From assembly GCA_043822065.1 (NCBI GenBank), contig JBDRCC010000010.1:1-12088 (forward strand): a DNA stretch of 12,088 nt, given 5' to 3'. Position 1 is the stretch's first letter, and every line of letters starts with the position of its first letter. This document shows positions 6,048 through 12,088 of the stretch, piece after piece. The notes below the pieces were generated by a model, which made no database searches, was not told where the DNA came from, and worked only from the letters and a program-made list of their open reading frames with translations. Position numbers and translations under genes: made by a program. The stretch is from an archaeon (lineage in GTDB: Archaea > Undinarchaeota > CAZHTU01 > JBDRCC01).

Positions 6048-6658
6048 AAGAGCAGTGCGGATGGGCAGAGTTTTCGGATAGGGCAATCTGGACATTTAGG
6101 CCTGGCTGGCCTGCACGTGTCCTGGCCGAAAGCCACGAGGGTGGAGTTCACTGACCGCCACTGCCTTTTTGGGATTAATTTTTCGAGCGCCATTTCGGTC
6201 TGCTCAGGCGTTTTCGTGCGCACCCAGCCGAGCCGGTTTGAAATCCTGTGCACGTGCGTGTCCACCGCAATCGCCTGCATGCCGAACCCGTACGAAAGGA
6301 CGCAGTTTGCAGTCTTCCTCCCCACGCCGGGGAGCTCCAGAAGGGATTCCATGGAGTCAGGCACGCCGTGCCTTGAGGCGTATTCGGAGACTGCCTTGAT
6401 TTTCGGGGCTTTTGTCCTGTAGAATCCTGCCGGGTAAATCAGCTTTGCAATGTCGGATTCCTTGGCGGCGGCGAGCTTTTTTGCGGAGGGGAACTTTTTG
6501 AAAAGCCGCTCCGACGCTGCGATTGTAACCTCGTCCTTCGTGCGCTGGGAGATTATCGTCGAGATGAGGACTTCGAACGGGCCCTCGGCATAGTCAAGTG
6601 CAAGCTTTTTCCTGTACTTTTTTTTGAGAATGGAAAGCGCCTTTGGGATGTCCGGCAT
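6041..6658 (-). CDS. nth: Endonuclease III (HhH-GPD DNA glycosylase/AP lyase with a 4Fe-4S cluster)
   Basis: Motifs PFEVLISTIISQRTKD, HhH LPGVGRKTAN, VDTHV and C-x6-C-x2-C-x5-C (CRPARPKCPDCPIRKLC). Confidence 0.95.
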   Translation of the reverse strand: MPDIPKALSILKKKYRKKLALDYAEGPFEVLISTIISQRTKDEVTIAASERLFKKFPSAKKLAAAKESDIAKLIYPAGFYRTKAPKIKAVSEYASRHGVPDSMESLLELPGVGRKTANCVLSYGFGMQAIAVDTHVHRISNRLGWVRTKTPEQTEMALEKLIPKRQWRSVNSTLVAFGQDTCRPARPKCPDCPIRKLCPSALLFY

Positions 6659-7281
6659 CAGTACCCGAGCTCTTTGTCAATCAGGATGACGGTTATCCTG
6701 CCCTTCTCGCGCGAGTTGTGTATTATCAGCGAGGCGTTGCACTGGCGGTGGGGCGCGGCGCAGTCAGCGCACTTGCCGGAATGGCAGGGGAGGTCGTCCC
6801 AGCCGTGGCGGCGCGCGTTCTTCGGCGCGGCGACTGACTTAATCCGCTCGAAAGCCGCCGGCACGTCCTTGACTATCTTGTTCGTGCCTGCGACGAGTAT
6901 CACCTTCTTCGGGCCGTAAGCCATCGCGGCTATGCGGTTCCCGGTGCCGTCGGTGTTGACGAGGTAGCCGTCCTCGGTGATTGAGTTCGTGCCTGTGAGG
7001 AAGTATTCGGCTGTGAGCCCGTCCCGCCTGATAACCGGCTGGTTCTTGGTCTTGTCAATCTTCCCTTCGGCGGTGTACGGATTGAACGCCTTTCCCCTTT
7101 TCTCAAGCTCAGGGACGACGCCGGTCTGCGCGACAGTCATCGAGCCGCCGAGCCCGACGGACGCGCCTTCGGGTATGAGCTCGAGGATTTTCGCCTTTGC
7201 CTCTGCCTCGCCCTTCACGGGGATGCAGCCAATGCCGTGGCGCTTGAGGCTTTCGACTGTTTTGAGTATTCTGGGCTCCAT
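6658..7281 (-). CDS. LUD-domain (lactate utilization LutC/YkgG-like) protein, 207 aa
   Basis: Motifs VGLGGSMT, TGTNSITEDG.LVNTDGTGNRIAA, GP.KVILVAGTNKIV and PC...KCADC..P.RQC. Start re-assigned to ATG 7281 (TTATAA at 7304-7309, 22 nt upstream). The stop overlaps the nth start (TGATG). Confidence 0.9.
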   Translation of the reverse strand: MEPRILKTVESLKRHGIGCIPVKGEAEAKAKILELIPEGASVGLGGSMTVAQTGVVPELEKRGKAFNPYTAEGKIDKTKNQPVIRRDGLTAEYFLTGTNSITEDGYLVNTDGTGNRIAAMAYGPKKVILVAGTNKIVKDVPAAFERIKSVAAPKNARRHGWDDLPCHSGKCADCAAPHRQCNASLIIHNSREKGRITVILIDKELGY

Positions 7282-7372
7282 GCCGGAATTATTTTTTCCA
7301 GGCTTATAAGGTTCTCGGAAATGCACGCCGCCGGCAAAACCTTTTTAATTCTCGGCTGAATAATAAACGGCG

Positions 7373-7822
7373 ATGCCTGAAAGGAAGAGGATTGGGGTTG
7401 ACGAGTATTTCATGAAAATCGCACGCGTAGTCAGCGAAAGGTCCACCTGCCTGCCCCACCGGTCGCTTGTCGGCGCGGTGATGGTCAGGGACAAGAGGAT
7501 TCTTGCAACTGGGTACAACGGCCCGCCGCACGGCTACCCGCACTGCAAGACCTGCCTGCGGGACGACAGCGTGAAGGGCGAGAACATGGAGCTGTGCCCA
7601 GCGGTCCACGCCGAGCAGAACGCGATAATACACGCGGCGCTCCACGGCGTCTCGACGCACGACTCGACGCTCTACTGCACGCACTTCCCGTGCGTCTCCT
7701 GCCTGAGGATGCTGATTAATGCAGGAGTGAAAAGGGTCGTCTACGGGAAAGAGTATGACATGGAGAACCCTGTAAAGCGCGACCTCATCAAAAAGTGCAA
7801 GCTCCAGGTTTCTAAGTTCTGA
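7373..7822 (+). CDS. dCMP deaminase (ComEB-like Zn-dependent deaminase)
   Basis: Motifs YFMKIA..VSERSTC, ATGYNG, HAEQNAI and PCVSC. TATA TTTTTAA at 7342-7348 lies 24 nt upstream. Confidence 0.92.
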   Translation: MPERKRIGVDEYFMKIARVVSERSTCLPHRSLVGAVMVRDKRILATGYNGPPHGYPHCKTCLRDDSVKGENMELCPAVHAEQNAIIHAALHGVSTHDSTLYCTHFPCVSCLRMLINAGVKRVVYGKEYDMENPVKRDLIKKCKLQVSKF

Positions 7823-7826
7823 AAAA

Positions 7827-8240
7827 TTAGCTCAGGTTTTCCACTTCGCAGTAAGTCCTGGCGTCTCTGCCGTCGACCCCGGTGAAGGCGAACATAATCC
7901 ACTGCTCCTCCTTCGGGCCGAGGATTACCGTCCTCATGTCGGAGAGGTGGGAGCCAGGGGCGTCGATGCCTGCGAGCACATGCGCTGTCTTCTGCTCCTC
8001 AGCCGCGTTCCTGACCTTGCAGTCGATTTTTGTCGTGTATGTGACGCCGGCGAAGCTGACGTCGGTGTCCACGTCGACCTGCTTGTCGATGACCCTTACC
8101 GCCTCGGTGATGTCAAAGCTTGAGAATGAGAAGTCAATGGGCTCGAAGCCGAGGGCGTCGATGATTTTGCCAAGCCCGGAGTCCTCGGATATGCAGCCTG
8201 CCACGAGGAGCACCGGAATGAGGAGGATTGCTGCTTTCAT
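7827..8240 (-). CDS. Lipoprotein with a beta-rich (Ig/CARDB-like) C-terminal domain, 137 aa
   Basis: Lipobox MKAAILLIPVLLVAG|C and a beta-strand pattern IDCKVRN...TVILGPKEEQWIMF. Start re-assigned to 8240 (TTTATAA on the minus strand, 8264-8270, 23 nt upstream). Confidence 0.8.
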   Translation of the reverse strand: MKAAILLIPVLLVAGCISEDSGLGKIIDALGFEPIDFSFSSFDITEAVRVIDKQVDVDTDVSFAGVTYTTKIDCKVRNAAEEQKTAHVLAGIDAPGSHLSDMRTVILGPKEEQWIMFAFTGVDGRDARTYCEVENLS

Positions 8241-8325
8241 GCCTATTCTATCGCGTTTTGTGGTTATAAACCTTGCCCTGGGAAAACTTAAGTAGTGCGG
8301 AGCCTTAGTATCCTTGGTGGTTTGA

Positions 8326-9126
8326 ATGAAATTGTGGGTTGTGTTTTCGATAATGCTTCTGGCCGCGGCCGGCTTCGCAGAGAAGCCGAGCGTGGTGCTG
8401 GTGTCAAACAGCATAGACTATCCAATGAGCGGGGTCCCGGGATTCCTGAACGGCAAGGGGCTCGAGGTTACGAAGATAGGCGCGGCAGACTTTGAGGCTT
8501 ACAAGAACACCAATTTCGTAGTGATTCTAGGCGGGCCTGACGCCCCGGACGGCATAGGCGAGCTCGTAACGTTCGCGCTCACGACCGACGAAGAGGGCTC
8601 CCTCAGGGCTGGCGGAAACGCGAAGATGTACGTCAAGACAAACGTCTGGAGGACGCCGCAGGTCGTCATGATAATCGCAGGGAGCGACAGGCAAGCGACG
8701 AAGCGCGCCGGAGACGACAATGGGAACGGCGTGGTCGAGAGGGTGCGCGCGGAGCACTTTAACGTCGCGATAATAGGCGCCGAGACCGGAACAGGCAAGG
8801 ACATGGTCTGGGACATGTATGACATCGAGCGCCTGACTGCGTTCACGAGACCGCTGTACGGGAAGTCATGGAAGCAGAACTGGGATGCGGCAATAGGCCA
8901 GGACAATGTCGAGGGCAAGCTCATATCCGACACCGGAGAGGTCATGCTGGAGGTGTTCGACGCGTCTGCGTACGACAGCAACCTGACATACCACGTGACC
9001 TTCAGGAAGCCTGCCACCGTCCCGAAAACATTCTGCAACGGCAACGTCACCCTCTGGGTAAGGATGAAATACCAGGGAGAAATGGACGAGGCTGAGCTCG
9101 GCGGGATAAAGCTAGAGAACTGCTAA
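8326..9126 (+). CDS. Secreted cell-surface protein with an S-layer C-terminal-like domain (GGP...AGSDR..T) and a second beta-rich domain
   Basis: Signal peptide MKLWVVFSIMLLAAAGFA, then VVLVSNSID, VVILGGPDA and VMIIAGSDRQAT, motifs seen in archaeal S-layer-associated domains. SD-like GGTGG at 8316-8320. Confidence 0.75.
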   Translation: MKLWVVFSIMLLAAAGFAEKPSVVLVSNSIDYPMSGVPGFLNGKGLEVTKIGAADFEAYKNTNFVVILGGPDAPDGIGELVTFALTTDEEGSLRAGGNAKMYVKTNVWRTPQVVMIIAGSDRQATKRAGDDNGNGVVERVRAEHFNVAIIGAETGTGKDMVWDMYDIERLTAFTRPLYGKSWKQNWDAAIGQDNVEGKLISDTGEVMLEVFDASAYDSNLTYHVTFRKPATVPKTFCNGNVTLWVRMKYQGEMDEAELGGIKLENC

Positions 9127-9533
9127 GCCTTCTGCGCCTTGAAGACTGTCGAAAGGTGGATTATGTAGGTCTCCCCTTTTTGGAGGACTATTACAGGCGC
9201 GCCGTTGAGGAGCGCTTCGATGTTTATCTCGTAGACCCCTGGCGTTAGCGTCTTGACAGTCTCGACGCCGAAAAGCTTCGGTTTTGCATGGGGCTTTTTC
9301 GCAGGCGCGTATGGGACTAGCGCCGGGGCTGAAGCCGCAGCCTTCTTCTCAAGAATTTTGGTCTCCAGCGTCTCCAGCTCCTCGAGGGTGACGCGGTCCA
9401 GGACTTTTGCCGCGGCCGCCTTGTCCTCCTCCTTCAGGAAGACGAAGAACTTGCTCCCGCAGGCGCACCCAGAGATTATCGGGACGTCCTCCTCCTTATC
9501 ATAAACCTTGCCGCATCTCAGGCACTTGTGCAT
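9123..9533 (-). CDS. oapC: OapC / DUF2072 zinc-ribbon protein
   Basis: N-terminal HKCLRCGKVY...GC.CGSKFF and C-terminal VETVK...PGVYEINIEALL....VI....G.Y.I.L. It is the third gene of the GTPase-DUF2073-DUF2072 operon, with a TAATG overlap to oapB. Confidence 0.88.
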   Translation of the reverse strand: MHKCLRCGKVYDKEEDVPIISGCACGSKFFVFLKEEDKAAAAKVLDRVTLEELETLETKILEKKAAASAPALVPYAPAKKPHAKPKLFGVETVKTLTPGVYEINIEALLNGAPVIVLQKGETYIIHLSTVFKAQKA

Positions 9534-9946
9534 TATACCTCTGCCGTGATGTGGAATGAGTCGGGGTCGCGCTTGACCCTCTTGACGATGCTTGACGGCC
9601 CGACGAGGGTCAGCCCGTTTTTGATTGTGACTATCTCCTTCCCGGTTATCTTTTTTGACAGCGAGGAGAGCCGTGCCAGGATGCTGTTAAGGATGTGGTC
9701 GAAGCCCTTCATCTCGCGCGGCAGGGTCGCGACCTCGATTCCTGCAAAGTCGCCCTTGACGTTGTGCAGGGTCGCCTCGACAAGCTTCAGCTCCTCTTCG
9801 GAGGAGAGGACGCCGTCCAGGACAATCATGTGCCCCTTCTTGACCGGGTTGAGGATGAAGTCAATCTTGCCCTCGATGTTTTTGTTTTTTATCGAGTCCA
9901 TGGAGAGGAAGTCAATGTCAATCTTGAAGCCTTTTTTCTTCGTCAT
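9533..9946 (-). CDS. oapB: OapB / DUF2073 protein
   Basis: Motifs KIDFIL..VKKG.MIVLDG.LS.EEE.KLVEAT, DFAGIEV and GLTLVGPS. ATGA overlap with oapA. Confidence 0.9.
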   Translation of the reverse strand: MTKKKGFKIDIDFLSMDSIKNKNIEGKIDFILNPVKKGHMIVLDGVLSSEEELKLVEATLHNVKGDFAGIEVATLPREMKGFDHILNSILARLSSLSKKITGKEIVTIKNGLTLVGPSSIVKRVKRDPDSFHITAEV

Positions 9947-12088
9947 CTCTTCCTCCTCGGCCTTGGGTGCTCTGCGATTTTCTCGTACAGCTCGGTCAGG
10001 TTCTTGCCGTACTTCGCGGAAATCCCGACGACCGGGTGCTGGGGGAAAGCCTCTGAAATCGCCCTGAGGTTGGCTTTCGGCAGGTCGGTCTTGTTCGCGG
10101 CGATGACGATTGGTATCCGCTTCGCCTCAAGCTGGCCTATGAGCATTATGTTCACCTGGGTGAGCGGGTCCTTGGTCGCGTCCATCATGATGATCGTGGT
10201 GTCGACGTTGTCCAGGAATTTTATCGCCTCGATGATGCCTTCCGTCGCCTGTTTCGCCCTGTCCTTCGACTCGATGACGGTGAACTTCCTGCCCTTCTTC
10301 GGCTTCGGCAGGGTTATCCTGAGCCTGCCCATTATCCCTTCGGCTTCCTCCTTTGAGAGCTCGGTTGCGAGAATCCGCTTGAGCTCGTTCTTGGAAGCGG
10401 CTGCGCTGACCTCAATCCCCTGGTCCTTTGCGATTCTCTTCAGCTGGGTGACCTTGAGCCTGCCGAGGAGCTCGTCCTTCGTCCTCGGGCGCTCGTCCTT
10501 CTTGAACCTCAAAAAGTCGCGGTAGTCCACCTTGGTCGCAAGCCCTGGCATGTCGAGCAGGTTCATGATGAGCGTCTTGTTCCCGACCTTGACCTCGACG
10601 TGCTCCTTCTTCTGAATGACCCTGGTCTCGTGCGGGATTTCAGAGACCGTGCCGACCTCCTCGCCGAGCCAGTCGAGCGAGATGCGGTTGGCAAGGGAGG
10701 TGTTGTGGACGACCAGCCCGTCCCAGGTGGAGAATGTGTGGTTGCCCTCCACAGTCAAGTCATATATGTACCCATCGTACTCAATTTCCCTGATTTTTGC
10801 GACTGGGTCCCACATCACGTCCGCTTGTGCTATCCGGTGGATTGCCTCAGTGTTTGGATTGCGGGGTAGCGCCCTGCTCATCCTGACCAGCTTGTCGACG
10901 GCTATCCTGTTTTTCCGCTCCATCCTTGCGATGTGCTGGTGCTCCATGTAGAATTTTGTCCGGCTCATGCCCTCTTTTTTCCTTGCCTCTTCAAGCAGAG
11001 GCATGGCGGGGACTACGTGGATGTTCGCCTTTGAGCCATGGCCGCAAATCTCAGCGAGGGCCTTGTTTTTTTCAGGAAGGGAAAACCCTATGTTCTCCCT
11101 GAAAATCCTGTGGTTTCTGCTCCTCCCTATGAACAAGCGGTAGTAAGTCTTGCCATCGACCTTTTTTTCTGCTATCTTTCCGACAATTCCAAACCTCAAG
11201 AGAAGGAGCTGTATCCCAACCAAAAGCTCCTTGCTCGCACTGGGAAATTCTATGCAGGAATGGGTTCGGTCGCTTGAAACGCTCGCCTCACAGTCGAAGA
11301 GCGTCCGCAGGAATCCTGACACAACTTCGTCATCCTCTTTCAGGATTGGGGCAGGTACCCTTTTGTACCTTGAATTGGCTGGCTCCAGGTCATAAACCTC
11401 TTTCAGGAATTCGACGAGGACCTTGGAGTTCAACATCACCGTTGGCGTCTTGCCTTCCCGCAGGTTGAGCTTTGTCTCAACGCCGAAAGCCTCTTCCGAA
11501 ATGCTTGCAAAGTCATTCAGCATCTGCGAGTCCTGGTTTGTGAAGTAGATGTGGTTTCCGCCGTGGTGCGACTCTGCTATGGTGTACGCCATGAACCTCG
11601 ACAGCTCCGGCGTTATCGTTTCAATCGGCAGGATTGGTTTTGGATGGTGGTACTTCATCTCAAGGGAAACGGACCCGCCGTCTGTTATAAACCGCTTGGG
11701 GAGTGCGTATGAGAATTTCTCCCTTAGGGGGTTAAAGCTGGAGAGAAGGGCGGCATAAGTGCCCGGCACGAGGTCCTTCGCCTTTACCTCCGTGACGCCG
11801 CCATCAGCCATGCAGATGAACGGATGCTCCGGCGACACCTTGACGCGCCTGCCCAATGCTGTCTCGACCTCATAAAGCAGTCCTTTGTACCTCTGCCGGT
11901 AGACGTGCGAAAGCCTCTTGTGCTCTACTTTGAGCGTCTTTTTGTTCAGGGAGGGCACTTTAATGTCCAGATTGGAGCAGCCAATCAGCGCTTCGTTTTC
12001 ATCCGGCCTGACCACCCTGCTCCTAACAACTTCTTCAAAAATTGACTCTATGTTTTTGTAAAGCCCGTCTGAGAGGAGTATTTTTTCT
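9943..12088 (-). CDS. oapA: OapA Era-like GTPase precursor containing an intein; 5' end lies outside the window
   Basis: The frame is open to the window edge (EKILLSDGLYKNIESIFEEV...). The C-extein (9943-10701, 252 aa) reads TSLANRI...SEIPHETR (G2), DMPG (G3), RAKQATEGIIEAI, DP.TQVN, NKTD (G4) and ISAK (G5). It lies upstream of oapB and oapC. Confidence 0.92.
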   Translation of the reverse strand, partial: EKILLSDGLYKNIESIFEEVVRSRVVRPDENEALIGCSNLDIKVPSLNKKTLKVEHKRLSHVYRQRYKGLLYEVETALGRRVKVSPEHPFICMADGGVTEVKAKDLVPGTYAALLSSFNPLREKFSYALPKRFITDGGSVSLEMKYHHPKPILPIETITPELSRFMAYTIAESHHGGNHIYFTNQDSQMLNDFASISEEAFGVETKLNLREGKTPTVMLNSKVLVEFLKEVYDLEPANSRYKRVPAPILKEDDEVVSGFLRTLFDCEASVSSDRTHSCIEFPSASKELLVGIQLLLLRFGIVGKIAEKKVDGKTYYRLFIGRSRNHRIFRENIGFSLPEKNKALAEICGHGSKANIHVVPAMPLLEEARKKEGMSRTKFYMEHQHIARMERKNRIAVDKLVRMSRALPRNPNTEAIHRIAQADVMWDPVAKIREIEYDGYIYDLTVEGNHTFSTWDGLVVHNTSLANRISLDWLGEEVGTVSEIPHETRVIQKKEHVEVKVGNKTLIMNLLDMPGLATKVDYRDFLRFKKDERPRTKDELLGRLKVTQLKRIAKDQGIEVSAAASKNELKRILATELSKEEAEGIMGRLRITLPKPKKGRKFTVIESKDRAKQATEGIIEAIKFLDNVDTTIIMMDATKDPLTQVNIMLIGQLEAKRIPIVIAANKTDLPKANLRAISEAFPQHPVVGISAKYGKNLTELYEKIAEHPRPRRKR
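10702..12088 (-). mobile_element. Intein with a LAGLIDADG homing-endonuclease domain, inserted in the oapA Walker A motif (N-terminus just beyond the window)
   Basis: Block A tail EKILLSDG, block B VKVSPEHPF, LAGLIDADG-like blocks FMAYTIAES and FLRTLFDCEAS, block H LLLLRFGI, block F YIYDLTVEGNHTF and block G VVHN, followed by +1 Thr (ACC at 10699-10701). Confidence 0.93.

Noticed and set aside
9528-10525. 179-aa and 276-aa plus-strand ORFs
   Set aside because: Antisense shadows of oapB and oapA, as expected with GC-rich third codon positions; no recognisable motifs.
12013-12015. GTG start for a 690-aa protein
   Set aside because: The frame stays open to the window edge and encodes intein block A-like sequence, so the true start lies outside the window.
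1-12088. CRISPR array, rRNA, IS element, ORB-containing origin
   Set aside because: No regularly spaced repeats, rRNA-like stretch, transposase or ORB motif seen by eye, and all intergenic gaps are short.

Overview
Densely packed archaeal chromosomal window. Archaeal origin is supported by TATA-box promoters, an oapABC cluster, DUF835 and a XerA-type recombinase; a DPANN-style Cys-repeat membrane protein suggests a DPANN-like lineage (inference). Recognisable genes are a XerA-like tyrosine recombinase, a glutaredoxin-like protein, endonuclease III, a LUD-domain protein, dCMP deaminase, several lipoproteins/surface proteins and the 3' part of an oapA-oapB-oapC operon. Four things stand out. 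(1) The OapA GTPase is interrupted in its P-loop by a LAGLIDADG intein and also carries a ~70-aa helix-extension-helix (SAP/Rho-N-like) insert after G3. (2) Two unannotated, SD-led, lysine-rich micro-ORFs (MACGCCKPKKKTKPKTKAKPKKRK and MAKAKPKKKAPKRKR) precede a DUF4405 gene, divergent from xerA, behind a TATA box with a palindromic operator. (3) A dif-like site overlaps the xerA start, and a 39-aa His-rich ORF overlaps the xerA stop. (4) A DUF835 protein with an apparent Lrp/AsnC (RAM)-like C-terminal domain converges on a stand-alone RAM-like gene. No rRNA, tRNA, CRISPR array or transposase was seen. All family calls come from motif recognition by eye, not database searches.
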